DNA of 64,000 nt from Terracidiphilus sp. (GTDB taxonomy: Bacteria; Acidobacteriota; Terriglobia; Terriglobales; Acidobacteriaceae): contig JBEKEP010000001.1 of assembly GCA_050013775.1 (NCBI GenBank), forward strand, positions 2,878 to 66,877, written 5' to 3'. A program made the translations under genes and the position numbers. Positions within the stretch are counted from its first letter, which is position 1; every line of letters begins with the position of its first letter. This document shows positions 8,538 through 16,624 of the stretch, one piece after another. The notes below the pieces were generated by a model. The model was not told the DNA's origin and searched no databases. It saw nothing but the letters and a program-made list of their open reading frames with translations.

Positions 8538-8984
8538 TTATCCGTACGTGAGGTCGGTGCTCTGTCCGACTTCAATGATGTAGCCGTCAGGATCGCGGAT
8601 GTAGCAGCGAATCTCGCCGTACTTGGGTATCGGCGGCGTGATGAACTCGGCTCCCCGGCTCTTCCACAACTCATAGCACGCCTGGATATCCGCGACGCGA
8701 AAATTCATAAAGCTGTTGATGTGATTCGGGTCGGGGACGCTGAGCGTTACCGTCGGTTTGTCGGGGGTCGGGCCGCCCCCAACGTTCAGAATCATCCAGA
8801 TATTCGCAAGCTGAAGGTAGGGTGGCGCGTTGCCGTCACCCATGCTCAAAATGCGAGCGCCGAAGACCTTTTCGTAGTAGTGAGCCGACCGTTCGAGGTC
8901 GGCGACGGTGAGGAAATGTGCAACGCTGAACCCCTCGCGCGGGGGCATCTCATAGCTCTTCTGTTCGACTTGTATCGCGCTCAT
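8538..8984 (-). CDS. VOC (glyoxalase/bleomycin-resistance/dioxygenase) family protein, copy 2
   Basis: 148 aa, near-collinear with copy 1 (GGGPTPDKPTVTLSV, FRVADIQACYELWKSRGAEF, CYIRDPDGYIIEVGQ). About 60 nt of 5' flank is also shared with copy 1. Confidence 0.8.
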   Translation of the reverse strand: MSAIQVEQKSYEMPPREGFSVAHFLTVADLERSAHYYEKVFGARILSMGDGNAPPYLQLANIWMILNVGGGPTPDKPTVTLSVPDPNHINSFMNFRVADIQACYELWKSRGAEFITPPIPKYGEIRCYIRDPDGYIIEVGQSTDLTYG

Positions 8985-9088
8985 TGATCGCTCCTTTTGA
9001 TACGGTGTTCATTACAAATACGGTATCCCGAGTTCCGCTCCCGTTCATCAAAAATTGATCGGCGCCAGCTGAGGCCTGTTGGCAGGCC

Positions 9089-9442
9089 CTAGTTCAGCAG
9101 CGATTCCCAATCGACTGGCACTCTTCCTGCCGGGCCGGGAACGGGCTGATTTCTGGGATGCGAGTGCGGCGGAAGCAATTCCGCGCCTTGGATCATTCCC
9201 CGAGTTTCATAGTCGTAGAACCAATCCTCACCCGGCTCGAAGCTGGCGATGATCGAGTGCCCTGTCTCTGCCGCATGTTTGGACGCATGCTGGCTCGGAG
9301 AACTGTCGCAGCAGCCGATGTGCCCGCACTCCGCGCACCGGCGCAAATGCAGCCACCAGCCTTGCGAGGACGCCAGGCATTCCACACATCCATTGCCGCT
9401 CGGCTTTGAGGCAGGGTTGATTCCGCGCACACTCTTTTTCAT
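9089..9442 (-). CDS. UBP-type zinc-finger domain protein
   Basis: CVEC...WLHLRRCAECGHIGCCDSSPSQHASKHAAETGHSII is a classic zf-UBP Cys/His pattern. I chose the start at MKKSVRG (ATG 9440-9442) because the longer ORF N-terminus overlaps a gene remnant. Confidence 0.7.
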   Translation of the reverse strand: MKKSVRGINPASKPSGNGCVECLASSQGWWLHLRRCAECGHIGCCDSSPSQHASKHAAETGHSIIASFEPGEDWFYDYETRGMIQGAELLPPHSHPRNQPVPGPAGRVPVDWESLLN

Positions 9443-9483
9443 TTTCAGTTTTTCCTTTCGCGTACTCTGATCGCAAAAGAATA

Positions 9484-9585
9484 TCAAGCCACCAGCAAAA
9501 CCTTCCCGATTCCACCTTTTTCTGCCCCGGCTTGCGCTTCAGTTGCCTTGCCGATTCGCTGCCGGATGAACTTGCTCAAAATTCC
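9484..9585 (-). pseudogene. C-terminal remnant of an MDR-family NADPH:quinone oxidoreductase paralog
   Basis: Translates to GILSKFIRQRIGKATEAQAGAEKGGIGKVLLVA*, matching the C-terminus of the 10683..11588 gene (AAEGQAAAEKGGIGKVLLVA*). The nucleotide string tcaagccaccagcaaaaccttcccgat is shared with 10683. In-frame stops lie upstream. Confidence 0.6.
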
Positions 9586-9627
9586 GTTTTAGGTGAACTA
9601 CAAACTTTGTTGCGCAGATCAGTACTG

Positions 9628-10548
9628 CTACAGTTGCCCGACTTGCAGGACGATCTTGCCGGGCTTGTGGGGTGCGCCCGCAAGCATTTCTTGCGCCTGG
9701 CGCGCCTCCGTAAGCGGCAGGCTTGAGCCCACACGCGCTTTGATTCTCCCCGCGTCAAACAATGTTGTGAGCGTCTGCAGGCGCGCGGTGGTCACCTCAG
9801 CGTAGAAGAAAACGGCCCCTGCTGGCAGCGGCTGCGTCGAAACCAGGGTGACAAGTTTGCCCCCGGGCTTCAACGCAGCGACGCAGCGCTGAAACGTGCT
9901 GCCCCCGACCGTGTCGAGGATGGCATCCACCTGCGGAAGGTTCTGCTCGAATCCGGACTTGCTCGAGTCGATGATGGATTGCGCGCCCATTGAACGGAGC
10001 AGGCCCTCGTCGTCGAGGTGGGCGATGGCAACCACCTGGATTCCGGCGTCTACGGCCATTTGTACGGCGTAGGCCCCGACGTTCCCGGCGGCTCCGACGA
10101 CCATTACCGTTTGTCCGCGCGTCGCCTCTGCATACTGGAAGAGCATTTGCCAGGCGGCCACGGCAATGACGGGAGCCGATGCTGCCTCTAGGTGATTCAA
10201 TGACTGTGGTTTGGGTGCGACCATCCCGGCTGCGGCCAAGGCGAACTCGGCCTGGGCGCCACAGAACTGTGGATTGGTGACGCCATAAACTTCGTCGGAC
10301 GGCGCGAAGTCCGTAACACCGGGGCCGACTTTCTCGACGACACCGGATAAGTCCGAACCGAGGGTGAGCGGAGGTCGTGGGCTGACCTTGCTCTTGCCCT
10401 CACGGATGAGCGCGTCCCATGGAGCGACGCCTGCGGCCATCACGCGCACCAGAACTTCGCCGGGCCCCGGCGACGGCACCGGTACATCCTCGACCACCAC
10501 GACGTCGGGCGGCCCGAAGCTATGAATTCTGGCTGCTTTCACGGCCAA
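9628..10548 (-). CDS. NADPH:quinone oxidoreductase / zinc-type alcohol dehydrogenase (MDR) family protein
   Basis: 306 aa with a GroES-like N-terminus (GPGEVLVRVMAAGVAPWD) and a Rossmann motif (VMVVGAAGNVGAYAVQMA). Confidence 0.8.
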   Translation of the reverse strand: MAVKAARIHSFGPPDVVVVEDVPVPSPGPGEVLVRVMAAGVAPWDALIREGKSKVSPRPPLTLGSDLSGVVEKVGPGVTDFAPSDEVYGVTNPQFCGAQAEFALAAAGMVAPKPQSLNHLEAASAPVIAVAAWQMLFQYAEATRGQTVMVVGAAGNVGAYAVQMAVDAGIQVVAIAHLDDEGLLRSMGAQSIIDSSKSGFEQNLPQVDAILDTVGGSTFQRCVAALKPGGKLVTLVSTQPLPAGAVFFYAEVTTARLQTLTTLFDAGRIKARVGSSLPLTEARQAQEMLAGAPHKPGKIVLQVGQL

Positions 10549-10682
10549 TTCCCCCTCACCTTGGGGATGCTCGAGGATCCGTTAGTGACTCAGGCCTTCA
10601 TCGATCGCGGGTTCGCTGCCAATGGAGAAAGCCGACTCATCCTAAGACGTTTCCTTTAGGCGTTGCATGTCCAGCAAAGAGT

Positions 10683-11588
10683 TCAAGCCACCAGCAAAAC
10701 CTTCCCGATGCCACCCTTTTCCGCGGCGGCTTGACCTTCGGCCGCCTGGCTCAGTGGGATTCTGGGGCCGAGCGGGATCACCAGTTTGCCATCGCGGACG
10801 GCCTCGGCCATGAACTCCAGAGTTTTCCTGTCGGCGGACGAGAACACCTTCACCACCTTTACGGCTGGGAATTTTTCGGCATTTCGGGGCGGCCCGACAA
10901 CCGATGCATACACGCCTCCCGGCTTCACCTTGGCGATCAAGGTTTCGGCGGTCTTGCCATTCGCCGTGTCGGCAACGGCATCGACCGGAGGAAGACTCGC
11001 AATCGCGCTGTCGTCGTCGGTTGCCACCAACTGATCCGCGCCGGCGCTCTTCGCGTCTCCCATTTGCTTCGCCAGGACTCCCGCAATCACGGTCGCGCCC
11101 AGCTGCTTCGCAGTGAACACCGCCGAACGCCCGACATTTCCCGCTGCGCCCGCTACCAGCACAGTCTGGCCCGCCTTGATTCCGATAGCAGCAGCTAGTT
11201 GATTGCCGGTCGTTGTTGCCAGGGGCAGCGCCGCCGCATCAATCAAATCGAGTCCCTTGGGAACCTTCGCCAGGATCGCCGCTTTCACCACGCAAAGTTC
11301 GGCATAAGTGTTGTCCGTCATGGCGAACACTTGGTCGCCGACAGAAAAGCCTTCCACTCCCGGCCCCAGCTTGGCCACAGTTCCCGAAACGTCCACTCCC
11401 ATCAGTCCCGGAAAGTTGATGGGATAGAAGGACTGTGTAAACCCCGCACGCCGCTTGTAATCAATGGGATTCACGCTCGCGGCAGCCACCCGCACCAGCA
11501 CTTCACCCGGGCCCGCCACCGGATCGGGGTAATCCTCCCACTTGAGCACTTCAGGACCGCCATATTGATGGACAACAATGGCTTTCAT
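10683..11588 (-). CDS. NADPH:quinone oxidoreductase (MDR) family protein, tandem paralog
   Basis: 301 aa with GPGEVLVRVAAASVNPID and VLVAGAAGNVGRSAVFTAKQLGA. Confidence 0.8.
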   Translation of the reverse strand: MKAIVVHQYGGPEVLKWEDYPDPVAGPGEVLVRVAAASVNPIDYKRRAGFTQSFYPINFPGLMGVDVSGTVAKLGPGVEGFSVGDQVFAMTDNTYAELCVVKAAILAKVPKGLDLIDAAALPLATTTGNQLAAAIGIKAGQTVLVAGAAGNVGRSAVFTAKQLGATVIAGVLAKQMGDAKSAGADQLVATDDDSAIASLPPVDAVADTANGKTAETLIAKVKPGGVYASVVGPPRNAEKFPAVKVVKVFSSADRKTLEFMAEAVRDGKLVIPLGPRIPLSQAAEGQAAAEKGGIGKVLLVA

Positions 11589-11677
11589 CTCTCCCCCTCA
11601 TTTGTAACTTGGACCAGCAGGCATGACTCTAAAACTTAGATGCTTCGATTGTGCACGAGCGTATTTGAGAATAGCGC

Positions 11678-11717
11678 AAAAAAATTCGCCCACCCATGAA
11701 TATCCCTGGGTGGGCGA
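11678..11717 (-). terminator. rho-independent terminator after the Flp pilin gene
   Basis: Perfect 11-bp stem tcgcccaccca / tgggtgggcga with a 10-nt loop. On the minus strand it is followed by AATTTTTTT. Confidence 0.8.
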
Positions 11718-11758
11718 TCTTGTGAAGGGAGAATGCGCTATTGCGCGGCCTTGGCTGG

Positions 11759-11950
11759 CTACGCGAGGGAAGTGCTGACGTTGGTGAAGACCTTCGTCAC
11801 TGCGGTCGCAATCGGAGTGATACTTGAGATCATGGCCAGAGCGATCAGCGCGCAAAGCAGCCCGTACTCGACCAGGTCCTGGCCCTGTTCGCTGCTCATG
11901 AGGTTCTGGAACTTCACGTACATTGTGATAAGTCTCTCGTGCATGTTCAT
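11759..11950 (-). CDS. flp: Flp family type IVb pilin
   Basis: 63 aa. It has the leader plus processing/hydrophobic motif SSEQGQDLVEYGLLCALIALAMI typical of Flp/Fap pilins, and an AAGGAGG RBS. Confidence 0.8.
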   Translation of the reverse strand: MNMHERLITMYVKFQNLMSSEQGQDLVEYGLLCALIALAMISSITPIATAVTKVFTNVSTSLA

Positions 11951-12270
11951 TTCGCCTCCTTGTTTGTCTCGTCGTGATTCCGATACTGGGGCAGGGAATC
12001 AAATTGCACAATGCGGCTTTGGCTGCACCACCTCCCGCCCGATAAGTGCTGATTTGCTGTGTATCGGTAACCGTCGAATGGTTACTATCTCCGCCATGCG
12101 CTGCTCCGTGAGTCAACTAAATCGCTGAAATATTTATGGATGTATCTTCTGCACCGTGGAGTGACTTTGGAAAAAATCCTAACGCCAACCCTTGTTTTCT
12201 TGCGCTATACTTAGGCGCTCCACTTCCCCAGGCCCTCTTTCCAGCCATCTTTTTCAAGGAGATTGAGCCC

Positions 12271-14331
12271 ATGCATTTCCCCCTCCCTGGTTTCAAGTCA
12301 ATTCCGGTCCATGCCACCAGCCCGTTCTCTGCCCACACATTGAGAGTTGCGATCTCTCTCCTGTTTGTCGTTATGGCCGCGCGAACCGCTTTCCCGCAAG
12401 CGGAAATCAATCCATGGAAGCCTTCGGGATCGGTTTACTGGATCGCCAATCCTATACGGCTGAACATCGGATACACCGACCAGAACGGCAAGCCCACCGC
12501 CGCCGTGGTCGACTCGCTTTCAGCGCAGCAACTCGCCGGCTTGCCCCCTGGCCTGTTGCAGGCAAAAGGGTCTGACCTTTTTACGGCGGGGCACTTCGAT
12601 ACGCTGTGGACCGCGATGAAAGGCGGCATTTGCAGCGACGTGCAGCAGGCCATCAGTACGCTTGAGAACCACAGCCCCAACTCGCCCTACAACATTCAGC
12701 CCTGCATCATGAATCCCAAGGGCTATCTCACCGCCAACTTTCAGGAGACGTGGGAAGACGATTCGATGAACACGGTCAACGGACGCCGCATCCGCTTCAC
12801 CTTTCAGGCACCGTTGAACGGCGTCACGTTCTGGATGACTTCGCCGCACACGTGCCATGTGGGCAGCAACTGCCCCACTGAACCGACGGATCCGGCCTTC
12901 ACCGTCGTGTTCACCGTCTATCTCACGGTCACCTGCACGTCCACGCCCAACGCCACCAGCTTCGAACTGCCGGTTACCTGCACGCCCGCCGTCGACCTCT
13001 CCGTAGATGGCGTGTACGGCGGCGATGTGACGGGCCAGCTTGTCGCTTCCACCACGAAATTTGTAACGCAGCTTGCAGCGGAAGGCGCGGCTGCGGCGGC
13101 AAGCGGCGGCACCGTCGCGCCCGAGGCGGCAATCGGCGCCATCACTTCGGCCCTCAATCTCGCCGTTCAGGGCATCGGCACTCTCATCGCGGCCGACACC
13201 GATCAGCATTTGCGCGACCAGGTTTCGGCCTATATCGTAGGGTTCGTGAATTCGCCCACGCTCGATTCCAATTCGACCAGCGTGAGCAACGATTTCAATA
13301 CCCTCTTTCAGAATCTTTACCAGGCGTACCTGGGCGGTTTGCGGCCATTCGTCGTGGCCATCAGTCCCAAGCTCGATTTCGATTTCGGTCTCGTCTATCC
13401 CGCCCCTGCCAAGCCGCAAATCCAGAACACCACGGCGGCAAATAACAAGGGCAGTCTCTTTTCGCAAACCATCGCGGTCGCGCAGCCCGAGGTTGTGGCC
13501 GGGCAAATGCTTCCCGTCACAGCATCGTTTTTCCGCGGCGCCTACGTGAATGCGCTGAACATTGCATGGAACAAGACGGTGCTAGGCGACACGAAATCGT
13601 CGCTCGCATGGGGACCTCCGCCGGTGACCATCACCACGCCGGCGCTTACTTTCAACGCCATCGATCTCAAGCCCGCGACGCAATACAAGTTCCAGGTGCA
13701 CGAGTGCGACGGATTGAGCTGCGCTCCGCTGAGCGACGTGCTCACCACCTCCACCGAGGCCACGGGCAGCAACGACGTTTACTTCTGGCTCGACAACAAT
13801 ACCGGCCAGATCATTGGCCACAATACCGTAGGCGCTACCGGCGGACAGTTCATGACCAATGTGCTCATCCCGGCTGCCACTACGCCGGGCGCGCATCTGT
13901 TGCATGCGGGAACCCCTGGCGGCCAGCCTGCTACCGCTTCCATCACGGTCTGCCAGGTGGGCGGCTGCGGGCCTTCGGTCGGAGTTGTCAACACGTCGAA
14001 CAACACTCTTTATCAGCCGGGCTCGGTGGTCGAGGTCGGGTTGCCGGTAGTTGTGCGCGGCTCAAAGTTTGCTCCCGGCGGCTCAGCGTGGATCTGGGTG
14101 GATGGTGTGCAGGGCACGAAAGCAGGGGCCGCGCCGGTGGGGCCGCTGGGCAACTTCCAGGCGAGTTTCACTGTGCCCATGGTCGCAGCTGGAAAGCACA
14201 ATCTCGTCGCCATTGAGCTCAAGCCGGGGGTGAAGCTGCCGCCGACGCCGAAAGGCAAGACGCCTGTATTCCCGCCGCAGGATTTTGTGAGCGCCAGTGT
14301 CGCTGTGTACGTGCAGGCACAGGCGCAATGA
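12271..14331 (+). CDS. large secreted protein of unknown function with C-terminal FN3/Ig-like modules
   Basis: Start chosen at MHFPLPGF (AAGGAG RBS 8 nt upstream). Signal-like stretch VAISLLFVVMAARTAFPQAE. The C-terminal part shows an FN3-like DLKPATQYKFQV and two Ig-like units (G.F...L/VP....G.H.L.A). The N-terminal 450 aa match no family I recognise. Confidence 0.65.
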   Translation: MHFPLPGFKSIPVHATSPFSAHTLRVAISLLFVVMAARTAFPQAEINPWKPSGSVYWIANPIRLNIGYTDQNGKPTAAVVDSLSAQQLAGLPPGLLQAKGSDLFTAGHFDTLWTAMKGGICSDVQQAISTLENHSPNSPYNIQPCIMNPKGYLTANFQETWEDDSMNTVNGRRIRFTFQAPLNGVTFWMTSPHTCHVGSNCPTEPTDPAFTVVFTVYLTVTCTSTPNATSFELPVTCTPAVDLSVDGVYGGDVTGQLVASTTKFVTQLAAEGAAAAASGGTVAPEAAIGAITSALNLAVQGIGTLIAADTDQHLRDQVSAYIVGFVNSPTLDSNSTSVSNDFNTLFQNLYQAYLGGLRPFVVAISPKLDFDFGLVYPAPAKPQIQNTTAANNKGSLFSQTIAVAQPEVVAGQMLPVTASFFRGAYVNALNIAWNKTVLGDTKSSLAWGPPPVTITTPALTFNAIDLKPATQYKFQVHECDGLSCAPLSDVLTTSTEATGSNDVYFWLDNNTGQIIGHNTVGATGGQFMTNVLIPAATTPGAHLLHAGTPGGQPATASITVCQVGGCGPSVGVVNTSNNTLYQPGSVVEVGLPVVVRGSKFAPGGSAWIWVDGVQGTKAGAAPVGPLGNFQASFTVPMVAAGKHNLVAIELKPGVKLPPTPKGKTPVFPPQDFVSASVAVYVQAQAQ

Positions 14332-14392
14332 GCGTATTCTCGTAGCGGCATCGGCCGATCGAATCGCCGCCCCGATGCTGGAGGAGGTCAGA

Positions 14393-15370
14393 ATGATGTA
14401 CCGGTCGAATCTCATCGCAGTGCCGTGTCTCATCGCAGCGGCGTGCATGGTCCCCGTTATCGGCTGGACCGTGTCAAAGGACTTCAACGGGAGAATGTGG
14501 CTTGCGAAAGTACCCGCCCTTCCCAGCAGTGCACAGGTTGCCTATCAGCAGTGGATCGATGATGGCAACGGAGTCCTGAAGCCCGGCGAAGAATTCAAAG
14601 CGGTCGACCAGGGCATCAATGATGTTGTCACCGACCAGGCTCAGGCCAACATGGCATCCCCGGAAAACCAGGCGCAAATGCAGCAGCAACAAACCGCGGC
14701 CCAGCAGCTCGCAGCCAAATACGGCACTCCCGAAGGCCAGGCCCAACTCAAGGCCATGACCCCTGCCCAATTGATGGCCCTGGCCCAGCAGATGCAGCCG
14801 CAGACCAACATGCCGCGCACGGTTTCGCCTGGTGACCAGCAGTTGTTGCAGAAAATTGGCGATGGCGTTTATTCGGGAAAACAACAGGTGATGGCCGACG
14901 TGCTGAAGTTACAGGTTCAAGTCAACGCCGTTGACAGCCAGTGGGACCAGGCTCTGTCTGCACTCGGGCCACAGGAACAAGCGCAGATGAGCAAGTTGCC
15001 CGTTTGCGCGGGCGAAGCTGGGATCCCTTCAAGCCTCGACATGGAAAAACTGGAGCTCACGTTTGCCGATCAGCGCATCGCCATTGCCTCGCAGTACCTG
15101 CCCCAGTTTGCGCCCATCATCGGCAAAGTGCGTGCGGCCGTATTGCCGGAGATCGACTTCGGCGATGATGCGCTTGCCGCCTGGACGCAGCTCTCCGATC
15201 CCGCACTGAAGCAGCAGGTTTCGCCCTCAGCCCATGGAGCGGAGCAGCAGGGCCTTGGCGATGTGGGCATCATTGAGCAGATGGTCGAGGGGGCATCATC
15301 AAGGGCCGCCCAGTCCGTGGAAGACAAGAAGAAGATTGAAGTGAAGTACGCCAACGCCCACGGATGTTAA
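14393..15370 (+). CDS. Gln-rich secreted/anchored protein of unknown function
   Basis: A GGAGGAGG RBS precedes ATGATG at 14393. N-terminal hydrophobic segment LIAVPCLIAAACMVPVIG. No recognisable domain. Confidence 0.55.
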   Translation: MMYRSNLIAVPCLIAAACMVPVIGWTVSKDFNGRMWLAKVPALPSSAQVAYQQWIDDGNGVLKPGEEFKAVDQGINDVVTDQAQANMASPENQAQMQQQQTAAQQLAAKYGTPEGQAQLKAMTPAQLMALAQQMQPQTNMPRTVSPGDQQLLQKIGDGVYSGKQQVMADVLKLQVQVNAVDSQWDQALSALGPQEQAQMSKLPVCAGEAGIPSSLDMEKLELTFADQRIAIASQYLPQFAPIIGKVRAAVLPEIDFGDDALAAWTQLSDPALKQQVSPSAHGAEQQGLGDVGIIEQMVEGASSRAAQSVEDKKKIEVKYANAHGC

Positions 15371-15429
15371 GGCCGGCGCAGAGAACGCCCATCTGGCTTT
15401 TATGGAATTCCACTAAAGGATGGATGATC

Positions 15430-15505
15430 TGGAGCCGACGGTCAGACTTGAACTGACGACCTGCTGATTACGAATCAGCTGCTCTACCAACTGAGCTACG
15501 TCGGC
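15430..15505 (-). tRNA. tRNA-Thr (anticodon CGT)
   Basis: The reverse complement GCCGACGTAGCTCAGTTGGTAGAGCAGCTGATTCGTAATCAGCAGGTCGTCAGTTCAAGTCTGACCGTCGGCTCCA folds as a cloverleaf: 7-bp acceptor, GCTGA/TCAGC anticodon stem, loop TTCGTAA, encoded CCA. Confidence 0.9.
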
Positions 15506-15575
15506 CTGCATCCTTGATTGTATCGTTGCTCCGGTTGAAGGTAAAGGCGCGCCCGATGCGGGTGGAGCTATACTT

Positions 15576-16319
15576 TTGCCCATGCAAGTCGATCCTGTTC
15601 TCGAGTGGCAAAGGCTGACGGCGGAGTACCGCGAAAAGGGCGAAGGAGAACTGCTCGAGCTCGCTCGCGACCATGCCGATCTGACCGAACCCGCGCAGCA
15701 GGCATTGCGCGCCGAGATGCGCAGCCGCGGCTTGGGCGATCCGGAATCCCCGCGCATAGCGCCGGAAGCGGAAGCTTCACAACCAATTTCATTTCCGTCG
15801 CGGCCTGCAGATTCCATCGCAGAGCCTCAATCGGAAGTGCTCACCGACCAGGCAGCTGGGCTGCTCGGTCTCAGCGCGGGAATGCCGCGACTCGTTCCAG
15901 ACCAGCCCGAATCCGATAACGGCGACAATGGTCCGCACGAATACACGTGGAAGACGCCGCTTTGTGATTGCGAGACCAACGATCAAGCGCAGCAGCTCAC
16001 AGCAGTGTTGCGGCAGGCCGGCATCGATAGTTGGATCCAGCAGGCACGCGAGTTCGGACGCCGCAACGCACGAGTCATGGTCGCTGCCGATCAGCTCGAT
16101 CAGGCGCAGGCCGTCGCTGCACAATTCGTTCCCCAAAAGATCGCTGAGGACGCAACCGAGGAAGTGCCGGAGTTTGTCGAGCCTAAGTGTCCCAAATGCG
16201 GGTCTGAGGACGTGGTTCTCGAGGGCGTGGACCCTGAAAACACCTGGCGCTGCGAGCAATGCGACGAGCAATGGACGGAAACCGCGCCGGCAATCGCAGG
16301 GGAAGGTCCAAAGGAGTGA
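15576..16319 (+). CDS. hypothetical protein with DUF2007-like fold segment and C-terminal zinc ribbon
   Basis: 247 aa, acidic, with CPKCGSEDVV...WRCEQCDEQW at the C-terminus. Confidence 0.55.
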   Translation: MPMQVDPVLEWQRLTAEYREKGEGELLELARDHADLTEPAQQALRAEMRSRGLGDPESPRIAPEAEASQPISFPSRPADSIAEPQSEVLTDQAAGLLGLSAGMPRLVPDQPESDNGDNGPHEYTWKTPLCDCETNDQAQQLTAVLRQAGIDSWIQQAREFGRRNARVMVAADQLDQAQAVAAQFVPQKIAEDATEEVPEFVEPKCPKCGSEDVVLEGVDPENTWRCEQCDEQWTETAPAIAGEGPKE

Positions 16320-16337
16320 AAAGATGCTTATAAACGG

Positions 16338-16368
16338 AAAGAGCCGCCCGGCAACAGGGCAGCTCTTT
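16338..16368. terminator. hairpin in a convergent intergenic region (bidirectional terminator candidate)
   Basis: AAAGAGC-C-GCCC ggcaaca GGGC-A-GCTCTTT sits between the converging genes 15576..16319(+) and 16625..17845(-). Confidence 0.55.
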
Positions 16369-16624
16369 CCTCAGGGAGAATAGTCCCAACGGAGGCAAAC
16401 CCATTAGAACTTTCTGGCTGCATACTAGGTTCGGCGGAAAGCAGTGTCAAGGAAAAATATAAGCAAAAATAACTAGTTTTGTTTCAATACTTTAACAATT
16501 GAATCGGGGCACGGACAACCCTATTTTCTTCGCTGATCGTTCGCCTGTATATTTTCGTGATTTCCCGGGATTTGGTGCTGTTTTTTCGGGTTTCCGTCCA
16601 TTTTTCCACAAGATGGAAGCGGCG

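Noticed and set aside
12136-12270. N-terminal 45-codon extension of the 731-aa ORF
   Set aside because: The extension lacks an RBS and reads as non-coding. An AAGGAG RBS precedes ATG 12271 and is followed by a signal-peptide-like segment.
16400-16624. AT-rich convergent spacer with a 26-codon minus-strand ORF (MDGNPKKQHQIPGNHENIQANDQRRK)
   Set aside because: It has no RBS and no hydrophobic or recognisable motif. It sits downstream of two converging genes, so it is most simply terminator/spacer DNA.
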